A DNA stretch of 64,000 nucleotides from Vicinamibacterales bacterium (GTDB lineage: Bacteria > Acidobacteriota > Vicinamibacteria > Vicinamibacterales > UBA8438), in assembly GCA_963662835.3 (NCBI GenBank), contig OZ245367.1, positions 5,163-69,162 of the forward strand, given 5' to 3'. Every line of letters starts with the position of its first letter. The stretch's first letter is position 1. A program made the translations under genes and the position numbers. This document shows positions 43,757 through 54,253 of the stretch, piece after piece. Under the pieces are notes generated by a model that was given only the letters and a program-made list of their open reading frames with translations, had not been told where the DNA came from and ran no database searches.

Positions 43757-44908
43757 CTAACCTGCCTCCCGGCTCTGCCGTCGTCGAGGACCTTGGCGGG
43801 AAGCTCGACGTCGGCCGATGGATTAGCGGGGCGGGCGGTGCCCCGCGGCCATCATACACGGTATCGCGCGGGGTCGGCCTTCAGGTGGGGGCCGGCCCCG
43901 TGGTGCGTACGTGCCCGCTTGACTCCCCCCCTCCGGCCGGAGATCCTCTTGGCCCCTCGTCGCGGGGGGCCGGCCCTGCCGGGGTCGACACGATGAAACC
44001 CGCTCTGGTCCTGGTGTCGGCGCGCCTCAGAAACCGAAACCGCGGACGGCCTGGGTCAGCGTCGACACCCAGGCGGCGGCACCCCGCGCGGCCACCAGGA
44101 CCTGCCGACGACCCGGAGCCACGCACAGAAGCGCGCCCCCTTCGAGCACGAGCAGGTTCCCGACGGGTGGGTCGCCGCCGCGCGCACGACGATGGGTGCT
44201 GACCAGGCGGGCGATTCGTAGACGCGCCCGCATCGAGACTGCCGCCAACACCGAGGACCACCCAAAATGGGCGCCCGCAACGACTGGGACGACGCGGTCG
44301 CGAAGGTGCGCGAGCTGCGCGAGGCGATCAAGCAACTCGGCGAGCCGTGGCCGCCAGGCGACCCCGATGAGGTGCGGCGCATCGAGCATGCCCACGGATA
44401 GGCCGAAAGCCTCGTCGATCAACTCGACGCACAGCTCACCATCGGCCGCGCCCTGGTGCACTACGTCGCCAAGGAGAGCGGCGACGCGGACCCTTGACGC
44501 TCGCGTGTTGCCGCGACCAGCGCCCGTAGCTCAGGTGGCGCTGCCTTTTTCCCCCACAGGCGGGGATGAATCCGTCGCGTCGCTGGCTCTTCGGCCGCGC
44601 GGCCGCCGGCGTGCTGCTCAGCGCCGCCAGCTTCGCGATCAGGTCCTCGCGGCGGATGGTGGGTGTGGAGCCCGCCGATGAGTTCGGTGCCGAACACGAC
44701 CAACCAGCCTGTGGCCTGGGTGCGTGGGAGACGTTCCGTGATGCGGCCTTCGAGGAGAATGTGCTAAGTGCACTGGGTCCTCGCCTCGATCATGCGCTGC
44801 GTGCCCGAGGACGTGGGACAGGGGCCCCCGCTACCCCGCCGCCGCCGCGCTACTGGGAAACTCACGGGTTTCATCCATGCGCGGGTCCAGCCCTGCCGGG
44901 TGAAAAAC

Positions 44909-45133
44909 TCAGACCGACTCGGCGAGGCAGCGCTCGATGAAGTCGTTGATCTCGCTCGCCATCTTGGTCTGCCGTATGGCGCAGTAGGCCTTGAAGCGCG
45001 CGTGAGTCTCGATGGGAATATCCACGGTCAGGCGCTTGGTCGCCCCCGTCGCTGGCGCGGCCTGACGGCCCACCCAGGTGTCCGCGCTCGCCGCAACCTG
45101 CGGCCTCGGGTTGATGTCGATCTTTTTGGTCAT
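44909..45133 (-). CDS. parG: ParG-like ribbon-helix-helix partition protein
   Basis: A 74-aa product, KRLTVDIPIETHARFKAYCAIRQTKMASEINDFIERCL (RHH). Its start overlaps the parA stop (ATGA). Confidence 0.7.
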   Translation of the reverse strand: MTKKIDINPRPQVAASADTWVGRQAAPATGATKRLTVDIPIETHARFKAYCAIRQTKMASEINDFIERCLAESV

Positions 45134-45756
45134 ACTCCCTCCGTCAACTCGTCAACGAACGCCTCGACCTCCTGCGCGGCCCGGCTGGACGGGTCGAGAG
45201 CGGCGACCGTCTGGCCGCTCGCGAACGCCTCAGCAAAGGCCACGCGCTGCGAGATGTCGGCCTGCAAGATGCGCATGCCGAGCGTCTGCAAGGCATTCCG
45301 AACATCGCGCCCTAAAACCGTGTTAACTATTTTACGGTTAATCGTAATTACAGATTGCAGGCGTTCCTTAAACACGCGCCCCTCGTTGATCAGGTCGACC
45401 GTCTCACTGGTCGCCCACACGTCGGGCGGCGACGGCTGGACGGGAATCAGAACCAAGTCGGCGGCAAGGATGATCGACTTCGCCAACTCATGGATGCGTG
45501 GCGGGCCGTCGATCACCACGTGCTCGTAGTCTGCCGCGATCGGCGCTAGCTCCTTATGAAGGGTCGGCTTCGCCATCGCAATCACGCTGAATGCGTTCTC
45601 GCCGGCCCGGACGGTCGACCACTTCATGGCGCTCTGCTGCGGGTCCGCGTCGATGAGCAGTACGCGAGCGCCGCGCCGCGCTAGCGCGTCGGCTAGGTGA
45701 ATCGAGAGCGTCGTCTTGCCGACGCCGCCTTTCTGACTAAGGAGCGCGTAAATCAT
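45130..45756 (-). CDS. parA: ParA-family partition ATPase (small, type Ib-like)
   Basis: The deviant Walker A is MIYALLSQKGGVGKTTLS. DADPQQSA and the motif VVIDGPP are present. The product is 208 aa. Confidence 0.85.
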   Translation of the reverse strand: MIYALLSQKGGVGKTTLSIHLADALARRGARVLLIDADPQQSAMKWSTVRAGENAFSVIAMAKPTLHKELAPIAADYEHVVIDGPPRIHELAKSIILAADLVLIPVQPSPPDVWATSETVDLINEGRVFKERLQSVITINRKIVNTVLGRDVRNALQTLGMRILQADISQRVAFAEAFASGQTVAALDPSSRAAQEVEAFVDELTEGV

Positions 45757-46242
45757 GAGTTCTGTCTTACCATGATTTCCGTATTTACGACAAGGCGGCA
45801 CCGGATAGATGTTCAAGATCGGCCGCCTTCCGGCTCGATTCTCTGCATCGTTGGCTTTTCGCGTACCGCCATGCAACGCTCGGCGACTGGGTGTTCCTCA
45901 CCGCGACGCGGAGGGGATCGTCGGGGAAGGCCCTTTGTCGAACGGTGAGCAAGCACGGCGACTGGGGTCCCCCGCACCGTGGATGGTGGGGACGTCTACG
46001 GGTGGGTGCTACGTGAACGGGCGGGCTCGTCGTCGGCAGCGATCGAGCAAACGGGTGGCGTCGCCGCTGGGCTGCCGCCTCAGGGCCCCATCCCATAACC
46101 CCCTTTATGCCCACCGTACCGGTACATGAGCCCGCCTTGCATTCTGAACGACCGTTCACTAACATGGCGCACAGCGTGGCCGCCGCAAATCCTCCCAACC
46201 TGAGCGCCCGCCGCGAGATAGCGGGGCAGAGAGGGTAGCCGG

Positions 46243-46773
46243 GTGCCCGCGAAGCCGCGCTGGCTGCTCGCCATCCCGGACGCCATCCGCCAGCTCGAGG
46301 CGCGCGACGAGAACCTGCTGACCCGGCGCGACATCGAACGCCTCTTCGGCGTCTCGAAGGTGCGCGCCGTGCAGCTGATGACAGCCTTCGGCGCCCACCG
46401 CACCGGGCACCTGCTGACCCTGCCGCGGGCCGAGCTGCTGCGGCAGCTCCGGAGGCACCGCAAGCGCGCGGCCTTCCGGCACGAAGAGACGCGGCGCGAG
46501 AAGGTCGTCACGGAGATCCGGAAGGCGCGGCTTACCGGGATCCGGGTCGCCGTACCCGTCGAGGCGCTCGAGGCGCTCGAGGCGCGCCTGGCGGGGCTGC
46601 CGGAAGGCGTCTCGGTCGAGCCCGGCCGGATCGAGGTCAGCTTCGGCGGCGCGCAGGAGGCCGTCGGACGGCTCTACGCGCTGGCCCAGGCGCTCGTCAG
46701 CGACTACGAGCGGTTCGAGGCGCTGGTCGGCGGAGGAGAGGCGGTAGGAGGTAAGGGAGAGGTGCCGCGATGA
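46243..46773 (+). CDS. hypothetical protein upstream of integrase (type B)
   Basis: GTG start, 176 aa. Its stop overlaps the integrase start (ATGA). LTRRDIERLFGVSKVRAVQLM looks HTH-like. Confidence 0.5.
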   Translation: MPAKPRWLLAIPDAIRQLEARDENLLTRRDIERLFGVSKVRAVQLMTAFGAHRTGHLLTLPRAELLRQLRRHRKRAAFRHEETRREKVVTEIRKARLTGIRVAVPVEALEALEARLAGLPEGVSVEPGRIEVSFGGAQEAVGRLYALAQALVSDYERFEALVGGGEAVGGKGEVPR

Positions 46774-47420
46774 GCGACGAGGTGGCGCTGGTCGAGCGGA
46801 TGACCGCTCCGCGCCCGGCGGCCGTCGAGGGGGGCGGGCCCCTGCTGCCGCGGCTCGTCGTCGACGCGGGGCCGGCGGCGGTGGGGAAGTTTCTCGAGTT
46901 CTTCGCGGCGCGGATCGCGAACCGGCGGACGCGGGCGGCCTACGGGCGGGCGGTGGGGCAGTTTCTGGCCTGGTGCGATGCGCGGGGGCTGCGGCTCGAG
47001 ACGGTCTCGCCGCTGCACGTGGCGGCCTACATCCGGACGCACCCCGGATCCGTGCCCACGGTCAAGCAGCACCTCGCCGCGATCCGCATGCTCGGCGACT
47101 GGCTCGTCGTCAGCCAGGTCCTCGCGGTGAACCCGGCGGCGGCCGTGCGGGGGCCGAAGCACGTGGTGACGAAGGGCGCGACGCCGGCGGTGTCGCCGGC
47201 CGAGGCCCGCCGGCTGCTCGAGGCGATCGACACGGGCACGCTCGCCGGCCTGCGCGACCGGGCGCTCGTCTCGGTGATGCTCTACAGCTTCGCGCGGGTG
47301 AGCGCGGCGATCGGGATGCGGAGGCAGGACTACTTCCGGCAGGAGAGCCGGGGGTGGCTCAGGCTCCGCGAGAAGGGCGGCAAGCGCCACGACGTCCCGG
47401 CCCACCATCGGGCGGCCGCG
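46770..47420 (+). pseudogene. tyrosine integrase (type B), copy 1, 3'-truncated
   Basis: The N-terminal two thirds are intact (..RTRAAYGRAVGQFLAWC..TVKQHLAAIRMLGDWL..LRDRALVSVMLYSFARVSAAIGMRRQDY..WLRLREKGGKRHDVPAHH). The catalytic HxxR/Y region seen in copy 2 is missing. Confidence 0.75.
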
Positions 47421-47427
47421 GCCCTCG

Positions 47428-47595
47428 ATGACGATGTTCAAGAGTCGGAAGCGGGAAAAGCCGCCCGCCGCCAAGGCCGGGGCGGGCGCGCCGAAGGCCG
47501 ATCCGGCCGAGAGCCCGGCGCCGGCCGGCAAGCAGGCCGGCGACGCTGTGCGGCGCCTGCGGCCAAACCTCAAGGTGAACGGCTGGATCGTCTAA
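47428..47595 (+). pseudogene. truncated paralog of 11743-12186, cut by Tn3-family IR
   Basis: MTMFKSRKREKPPAAKAG...LRPNLKVNGWIV* . The stop lies directly at the IR that begins at 47596. Confidence 0.55.
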
Positions 47596-48125
47596 GGGTA
47601 CCGACACCATTCGTGCTCTGATACACGCTAAGGGCTCGGCCTGAGCCCTCTGGAAGTCATGAAGCTGTAGAGCGCGGTCCGGGACACGCCCGTGAGCTTG
47701 GCGATGGCGGTCTTCGAGACGCCCAGCTCGAGGAAGCGCCGGATCTCGTCCTCCTTGCCGTCGAGCCGTGAGACGCCCAGCGAGCCCTTCGGGCGCCCGA
47801 GCTTCCGGCCCGAGGATCTCGCCCGGGCGAGGCCCTCGCGGGTTCGCTCGGAGATCAGGTCGCGCTCGACCTCGGCGAACAGCGCGAACAGGGTGGTCAT
47901 AACCTTGGTCTGGATGTCGCGCTTGCCCTCGACGCGGATGTTCTCCTTCAGGGCCACGAAGGCGACGCCCGCCTTGGCGAGGGCGTCGAGCACGGCGACG
48001 ACCTGACCCAGCGACCGGCCGAGCCGGGAGAGTTCGCTGACGACCAGACGGTCGCCGCGCTGCAGGACGCTCGTCAGCTCGTCGAGCCGCCGGCGCTTCT
48101 CGGAGGCCTGTCCGGAGGCGGTCGC
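47596..48125. mobile_element. Tn3-family remnant 2 (IR + 3' two thirds of tnpR)
   Basis: The IR is GGGTACCGACACCATTCGTGCTCTGATACACGCTAAGG (47596-47633). The tnpR sequence is nearly identical to 15110-15560. It is in the same orientation as remnant 1. Confidence 0.8.
47628..48125 (-). pseudogene. tnpR: resolvase fragment lacking the first ~55 codons (catalytic Ser region)
   Basis: ATASGQASEKRRRLDELTSVLQRGDRLVVSELSRLGRS...YSFMTSRGLRPSP* . Homology to copy 1 starts at 48125 and the sequence is fused to cas7. Confidence 0.8.
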
Positions 48126-48936
48126 GCGCTGCGTCACGCGCGCGAACGAGACTGCCGCCGCAGGCGCATCGGCCCCCATGAAGGGCACCTGGCCATGGCC
48201 GATCTCGGAGAGCTTGTCGCTCTTGCCGCCGTCGACCTTCCCGCCCTTGCCGACGCTCCACTTCGTCCGATCGTCCGGGTTGGAGGTCACGACCTCGTCG
48301 GTGTTCAGGTTCAAGGCGTCGCCCTTCAACCCGAGGACGCGGGTGTCGGTCGACGCCGGTTGCCACACCGATGATCTCCGACACCCAGGCGCGCGCATGC
48401 TTGCTGTTGGACCGCTTCTTGCCCAGGTGCGACTGCCAGAACCCGTACAGCAGCGCCTGCGGGAACCACGCCATCAGCGGTCCGCACGCCTGCGCGGTGG
48501 CCCCGAAGAGGGCCTGCCCCAACGGCGTCTTGAGGAAGTCCTGCCCGTCCAGCTGGGCGTCTCGAAGATACGCGTCGGCGTTACGGTGCGGGAACTCGAG
48601 GCTCGACAGCTGCCTGGGCAGATGCGGCAGAGCCGACAGGTCCAGCACGAACTCGGGTATCGATGTCGATTCGCGATGCCGGCGCAGCGCGTCTTCCAGG
48701 CGGTTGGCCTGCGCGGGGACGTTGTCGATCACGAGGACCGGTGTGGGCTCGGTGTCGTCGGCCGCCGCCCAGCGGCGATCCTGCTGGTAGGTCCCGCCCT
48801 CGTAGACCGCCGGCTTGACCGGGCCGCCGGGGCCCGCCAGCGGCACGAGCTGCGTGTCGATCCGGATACCGTCGTCGAACGCGTCGTCGGCACAGCCCTT
48901 CAGCAGCGTGTCGAGAGTAATCGTGCCGTCCATGCG
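48126..48936 (-). pseudogene. cas7: type I-U/I-G Cas7 (Csb1), frameshifted and 3'-truncated
   Basis: MDGTITLDTLL..LVPLAGPGGPVKPAVYEGG..VLVIDNVPAQANRLEDAL..LSSLEFPHRNADAYLRDAQLDGQDF..PQALLYGFWQSHLG..RAWVSEIIG. After a frame change near 48360 it reads TRVLGLKGDALNL..KLSEIGHGQVPF. GGAGGTG lies upstream of the ATG. Confidence 0.75.
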
Positions 48937-49123
48937 GTTCGCACCTCCGGGATGAGTGCTATCGTCCACGGGTCTCCAGCAGCTGGCGGCCCGGTTTCGG
49001 GGGTGTCCCACGGACGGTTGAGCCTTCGTGGGCGGCTGACCCCTGTTCCGCCCTATCGGTCGTGCAGGACCGTCGCTTCACCCCGTCGATGATGGGGGGA
49101 TGGGGGGAGGTTGGCGCTCGTGT

Positions 49124-49890
49124 TCAGCTCGAGGCGGTCTCGCCGCTGCGCGTGGCCGCCTACACATCCGGACGCATCCCGGGTCGGTGCCCACGGTCAA
49201 GCAGCACCTGGCCGCGATCCGCATGCTCGGCGACTGGCTCGTCGTCAGCCAGGTCCTCGCGGTGAACCCGGCGGCGGCCGTGCGGGGGCCGAAGCACGTC
49301 GTCACGAAGGGCGCGACGCCGGCGGTGTCGCCGGCCGAGGCCCGGCGGCTCCTCGAGGCGACCGACACGGGCACGCTCGCCGGCCGCCGCGACCGGGCGC
49401 TTCTGTCAGTGATGCTCTACAGCTTCGCGCGGGTGAGCGCGGTCGTCGCGATGCGGCGGCAGGACTACTTCCGGCAGGAAAGCCGGGGGTGGCTCAGGCT
49501 GCACGAGAAGGGCGGCAAGCGGCACGACGTCCCAGCCACCACCGGGCGGGCGAGGCCCTCGACGACTACCTCGCGGCGGCCCAGCTCGACGAGGCGAAGG
49601 CGCCGCTCTTCCAGAGCGTCGACCCCGCGGGGCGGAGGCTGACGGGCCGGGCGCTGTCGCGGCGTCTCATCCTGGCCATGATCAAGCGGCGTGCCGCGGC
49701 CGCGGATCTGCGGCCCTCGATGTGCTGCCACACGTTTCGGGCGACGGGGATCACGGCGTACTTGTCAAACGGGGGGACGCTCGAGCACGCGCAGCAGATC
49801 GCGGGTCACGCGTCGCCGAAGACGACGAAGCTCTACGACCGGACGGCGGACACGGTGACCGTCGACGAGATCGAACGCATCGTGATCTGA
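49124..49890 (+). pseudogene. tyrosine integrase (type B), copy 2, 5'-truncated with frameshifts
   Basis: It starts at ..LEAVSPLRVAAY and carries indels near 49150 and 49530. The C-terminus is complete: CCHTFRATGITAYLSNGGTLEHAQQIAGHASPKTTKLYDRTADTVTVDEIERIVI*. Confidence 0.75.
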
Positions 49891-49932
49891 ACGAGGATGA
49901 AGAGCGCTCGAAGGAAGCGGCCGGTGCCCCTC

Positions 49933-50037
49933 GTGTCCCAAACGATGGCTCGCAGTCGCTGGACCTGCAGCGAGGACGCCTCCGCGTCCGGTGTCCGGGA
50001 AGACCGGCCGGGGCTCGACAGCGGCCTGCGACGCCCT
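49933..50037 (+). pseudogene. Hin-type serine recombinase micro-remnant
   Basis: The left half of the hix-like site (GTGTCCCAAACG) is fused to GSQSLDLQR. After an internal deletion, ASGVREDRPGLDSGLR follows. Confidence 0.6.
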
Positions 50038-50205
50038 GCTACTGATTCCGCAAAGTTATGTCGAAGACACCGGGGTGCGGTACAAGGTGATCGCGCCACT
50101 GTTCCTCGGTTTCGTTCCACGAAAGCCTCATTGGCCACCGTCAGTCGGTAGTAGGGGTCAACCCAGGAGGCGCAGGATCGCGACCACGCCGCGGAGGGGA
50201 TAGAG

Positions 50206-52848
50206 ATGAATGGCTCAGTGGGATCGAAACAACAGATCTGGACTGCACGAGTTGCCTTGATCTTCCATCTCGTTGGGCAGCTCATCGTCGTCGCGGGTGC
50301 GGCCGCACAGACGGGCACGGCGTTCACCGATGACCCCCTCGTACCTGGGGTGACGGTCGTCAGGGCCGTCCATTTTCGAGAGCTCCGCACGCGGATTGAC
50401 GCGTTACGGACGCGCGTGGGGCTGCCCGCGTTCGCGTGGACGGACCGAACGCTGACGCCCGGCGTTACCCCGGTCAGGCATGTCCACCTGACGGAAATGC
50501 GGGAGGCGCTGGCTGCGGCGTACGAGGCTGCGGGCCGGTCGGCGCCGGCATACGGGCCCAGGGTGGCTGCGGGGACGCCCATCCGGGCCGGCGACGTCAC
50601 TGAGCTGCGGATCGAAGTGATCGCGCTAGAGGCGGCGGATCGAACTTCGGTGAGCCTGTCGGTGTCGCCGAACCCGGTGGCTGAGGGCTCCGCGGCGACG
50701 GTGACGGCGGTGCTGTCGGAGGCGCTGCCGGACGACGTGACGGTACCGCTGACGCTGACGGCTGGCACGGCCGAGGCGGGCGACTACGGTTCGCTTCCGA
50801 GCATCACGATCGACGGCGGCTCGAGGTTGGGCGTCGGGACGATCACGACGACGGACGACGCGGACACCGACGACGAGACGTTCACGGTAGCGCTGGGCTC
50901 GCTGCCGCCGTCGGTCACCGCGGGGAATCCCTTGTCGATCGAGATTACGATTGAGGACACGGGCGCTCTGGACGGGCTCGCTCTGGACCGTGCGGCGCTC
51001 GTAGCGCTCTACGAGGCCACGGACGGCCCGAACTGGCGGGACAACTCGAACTGGCTGACGGATGCCCCGATCGGGGTATGGAGAGGGGTCTACATCCACC
51101 GCGATGGCCGGGTCGGCGAGTTGAGTCTCATCAACAACGACCTGTCCGGGCCAATCCCTCCGGAACTCGGCGACCTTACTGAGCTGTCGAAACTCGAACT
51201 CGATTTGAACGCCCTCACGGGTCCGATTCCGCCCGAACTCGGCAACCTCACCAACCTCCGCCATTTTAGTCTCGACGGAAACGAGCTCACGGGTTCGATT
51301 CCGCCGGAGCTCGGCAACCTCAGCAACCTTTGGATCCTGTCGCTTTGGGACACCGGCGTGTCAGGTTCGATTCCGCCCGAGCTCGGCAAACTCACCAATG
51401 TCTGGTACCTGCGCCTCCTCAACAACAATCTGTCGGGCCCGATTCCGCCCGAACTCGGGGACATGGCCAGCCTCACACACCTGCGCCTCGATTGGAACAC
51501 CCTCACGGGTCCGATTCCGCCCGAACTCGGCAACCTCGCGACCCTTGAGCAATTGCACCTCAACCACAACGCCCTCACGGGTCCGATTCCCCCCTCGCTC
51601 GGCGACCTTTCCAACCTCGAAGGCTTGAACCTTTCCTCGAACCGACTGACCGGCTCGATCCCGCCGGAGCTCGGCAAGCTTTCGTCCCTGATCGGCTTGT
51701 ACCTGTCTCACAATAACCTTACCGGCGAATTCCCTGCATTTCTGCTGGGGCTCCCCGCCTTGGAAGAGTTCTTTCTCGGCCCCGGGTTTTGCGCTCCGGC
51801 TGATCCCGCCGTCCGGGCGCGGCTCGGAGAACTGCATACCGACCTTTTCCCCTGTCCCGACGCAAACGTCCGGTTACTGTCCAGCGCGCTGATGCGGGAG
51901 GATGGGAACGGCATCTCCCTCGCGCTCCCGGATGACCTCCGCACCCCTTCGTCGGTGACCGTCTCGGATCCTTCAGTTGTGGCTGCTTCGGTGGCCGACG
52001 GATGGCTCACGCTGTCGCCTCGCATGATCGGATCCGCGGACGTGACGGTCCTCCAAGCCGGGGGGGGGAGTGCGGTGGCGCATGTTGAGGTGCGCGAGGC
52101 CGTCGGAACATTCGGCATCGACATCGTCGTGGACCAGCCCGTGCCGTTTGGCTACGAGGCGGCCATGGTGGAAGGTGCGGACTGGTGGTCCGACATCCTC
52201 GACGGAACTGAGTGGCCGGATCGCGAGGCCGGCTGCCCGACTTCGGACCCGTTCGGCGGCAAGGTGAAGGCGGTGGCGGACGAACTGCTGGTTGTCACCC
52301 GCGTTGAAGAGCTTGAGAACATTTCAGGCTACGCCAGCGGCTGCTTTTTCCCGGTTGACGGAGGCAGGGAGGTTCCGGCGCTCGACCCCGGAGGCGGGTA
52401 CGTGGTGATGGGCGGATTTCCCTCCCAAGGCCTTGTACGCCACGAGATCGGCCACCTTCTCGGGTTGGTCTCGTGGCGGTCGGAGCAGGGCCTCGCAACC
52501 TCGGACTGCCAGTTCTTCACCGGTTCACAAGCGGTCAAGGCGTTCCATGATGGTGGCGGCGATCCCGACCTGCCCGGCGTGCCTATTCAAACGGGCTGTG
52601 GATCGCATTGGCACGAGGACATCGTGGATTACGAACTCATGGCTATCTACGGGGGTTGGGACGCCAATTCGATCTCCCTGGGCGCCTTGGTGGACGCGGG
52701 CTACACGGTGGATTTGTCGAAGGCGCTCCGTTGGCCCGTGGGTACTGGTTTCGCTACCCAAGCGGCGCGCGAGGGACTGGCGCGGGATGTTGTGCTGGGC
52801 GAGCCCCGCGTGTTCATCGAGCGCAGGCCGCGGGACCCACCTCGCTGA
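50206..52848 (+). CDS. secreted Calx-beta + leucine-rich-repeat protein with HExxH metalloprotease-like C-domain
   Basis: It has a signal-like N-terminus and a Calx-beta-like block (VSPNPVAEGSAATVTAVL..TFTVAL). About 10 repeats of the 24-aa plant-type LRR (LxGxIPPELGxLxxLxxLxLxxN) follow, and HEIGHLLG lies in the C-terminal domain. Confidence 0.75.
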   Translation: MNGSVGSKQQIWTARVALIFHLVGQLIVVAGAAAQTGTAFTDDPLVPGVTVVRAVHFRELRTRIDALRTRVGLPAFAWTDRTLTPGVTPVRHVHLTEMREALAAAYEAAGRSAPAYGPRVAAGTPIRAGDVTELRIEVIALEAADRTSVSLSVSPNPVAEGSAATVTAVLSEALPDDVTVPLTLTAGTAEAGDYGSLPSITIDGGSRLGVGTITTTDDADTDDETFTVALGSLPPSVTAGNPLSIEITIEDTGALDGLALDRAALVALYEATDGPNWRDNSNWLTDAPIGVWRGVYIHRDGRVGELSLINNDLSGPIPPELGDLTELSKLELDLNALTGPIPPELGNLTNLRHFSLDGNELTGSIPPELGNLSNLWILSLWDTGVSGSIPPELGKLTNVWYLRLLNNNLSGPIPPELGDMASLTHLRLDWNTLTGPIPPELGNLATLEQLHLNHNALTGPIPPSLGDLSNLEGLNLSSNRLTGSIPPELGKLSSLIGLYLSHNNLTGEFPAFLLGLPALEEFFLGPGFCAPADPAVRARLGELHTDLFPCPDANVRLLSSALMREDGNGISLALPDDLRTPSSVTVSDPSVVAASVADGWLTLSPRMIGSADVTVLQAGGGSAVAHVEVREAVGTFGIDIVVDQPVPFGYEAAMVEGADWWSDILDGTEWPDREAGCPTSDPFGGKVKAVADELLVVTRVEELENISGYASGCFFPVDGGREVPALDPGGGYVVMGGFPSQGLVRHEIGHLLGLVSWRSEQGLATSDCQFFTGSQAVKAFHDGGGDPDLPGVPIQTGCGSHWHEDIVDYELMAIYGGWDANSISLGALVDAGYTVDLSKALRWPVGTGFATQAAREGLARDVVLGEPRVFIERRPRDPPR

Positions 52849-53105
52849 AGGACAAGGCGATTTCCGTACGGCGTCTACTCGGCACCTGGCTCGTCGTCAG
52901 CCAGGTCCTCCCGGTGACCCGCCGGCGGCCGTGCGTGGGCCGAAGCACGTCGTCACCCAAGGGCGCGACGCCGGTGCTCTCGCCGGCCGAGACGCGCTCG
53001 CTCCTCGACCAGATCGACACCGGGCCGCTGGTCGGCCTCCGCGACCGGGCGCTGCTGAGCGTGATGGTTTACAGCTTCGCGCGGGTGAGCGCGGCGGTGG
53101 GGATC
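52849..53105 (+). pseudogene. tyrosine integrase (type B), copy 3, internal fragment
   Basis: KDKAISVRRLLGTWLVVSQVL..GATPVLSPAETRSLLDQIDTGPLVGLRDRALLSVMVYSFARVSAAVG is collinear with copy 1 residues ~95-180. It contains a frameshift and is cut at 53106 by the IS1182-like element. Confidence 0.65.
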
Positions 53106-53106
53106 G

Positions 53107-54040
53107 TGATATCTAGGAGTCTGCGCCGCAGAAAACCAGATGCGACAATCGTAGGCGAGATCGGACGACGAAAGGACTTGATGTCGACTACGTTCCGCCC
53201 CTACGCGCCGGATCAGTCGCTGCTGTTTCCGCCCGACGTGCGGGAGTGGCTGCCCGAGGGCCACTTGGCACACCACGTCAGCGACCTGGTGGACGGTCTG
53301 GACCTGACGGCGTTCTACGTGGCGTATGCGGGAGACGGGCGCCGCAACGCGCCGTATGAGCCCCGGATGATGGTGAAGGTTCTGCTCTACGCCTACGCGA
53401 CGGGAGTGTTCTCGTCGCGCCGGGTTGCCCGGAAACTGGAAGAGGACGTGGCGTTCCGGGTGCTGGCGGCGGGGAACTTTCCGCAACACCGGACGCTGTG
53501 CGAGTTTCGGCGTCGGCACCTTGAGGATTTCCAGGCGCTGTTCGTGGAGGTGGTCCGTCTGGCGCAGGAGTTGGGTCTGGCGCGCTTGGGGAAGCTGTCT
53601 ATCGACGGGACGAAGGTGCGTGCGAACGCGAGCAAGCACAAGGCGATGAGCTACGACCGGATGCAGGAAGAGGAACAGCGGCTGGAAAGCGAGATCGAGG
53701 CGCTGTTGCGTCAGGCGGATGCGGTTGACGAGGCCGAGGACGCACGCTTGGGCGCGGAGATTCGGGGCGATGATCTGCCGGCGGAGTTGCACCGGCGTGA
53801 AGCGCGTCTGGCCGCGATTCGCGCGGCGAAGTCGCGCCTGGAAGCGAAGCAACGGGCGGCGGACGACATGCGGGGTCGGCAGCCGGGTCAGGACCGGAAC
53901 CCGAAGGGCGGACCGCCGTACAAGCGGGCGTATGGCGAGCCGGACGAGAAGGCGCAGAGCAACTTCACGGACCCTGAGAGCTCGATCATGAAGACGAGCA
54001 GTGAGGGGTTCCAGCAGTGCTACAAGCCGGTCGATACACG
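53107..54040 (+). mobile_element. IS1182/IS5-superfamily element remnant (left part only)
   Basis: The transposase N-terminal ~285 aa are present. The DDE half and the right end are absent. Confidence 0.6.
53181..54040 (+). pseudogene. DUF772-type (IS1182-like) transposase, 3'-truncated
   Basis: MSTTFRPYAPDQSLLFPPDVREWLPEGHLAHHVSDLVDGLDL..YEPRMMVKVLLYAYATGVFSSRRVARKLEEDVAFRVLAAG..DGTKVRANASKHKAMSY is followed by a coiled-coil insert. Homology ends at ..EGFQQCY. Confidence 0.7.
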
Positions 54041-54199
54041 TGCGCCGACTACCTGCTTGAAATACGCGTCGTACCTGCACTACGACCGCTACCTCGCGGC
54101 TCCAGCAGACGCTGGGCGGGCTCGCGCACCAGCTCGACCGCCAGCGGCTGGACGTCGCGAACGCCGCCGAGCAGCGGTCGCCCCGGCTCCCCCGCGGTC

Positions 54200-54253
54200 G
54201 TCCGGCGGACGGCCGACACGATTACCGTGGATGAGATCGAGCGCGTGATCTAG
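54200..54253 (+). pseudogene. tyrosine integrase (type B), copy 3, last codons
   Basis: RTADTITVDEIERVI* matches DRTADTVTVDEIERIVI* of copy 2. The TAG stop is part of the CTAG target duplicated by the IS5-family insertion. Confidence 0.6.

Noticed and set aside
44027-44461. A 144-aa minus-strand ORF and the overlapping + strand ORFs around 43885-44680.
   Set aside because: I saw only short scraps. These are an RHH-like PKPRTAWVSVD copy and a 40-codon SMI1/KNR4-like start interrupted by TAG. There is no coherent gene.
51090-51720. Regular 72-bp periodicity.
   Set aside because: These are coding leucine-rich repeats (24-aa units) of the 880-aa protein, not a repeat array.
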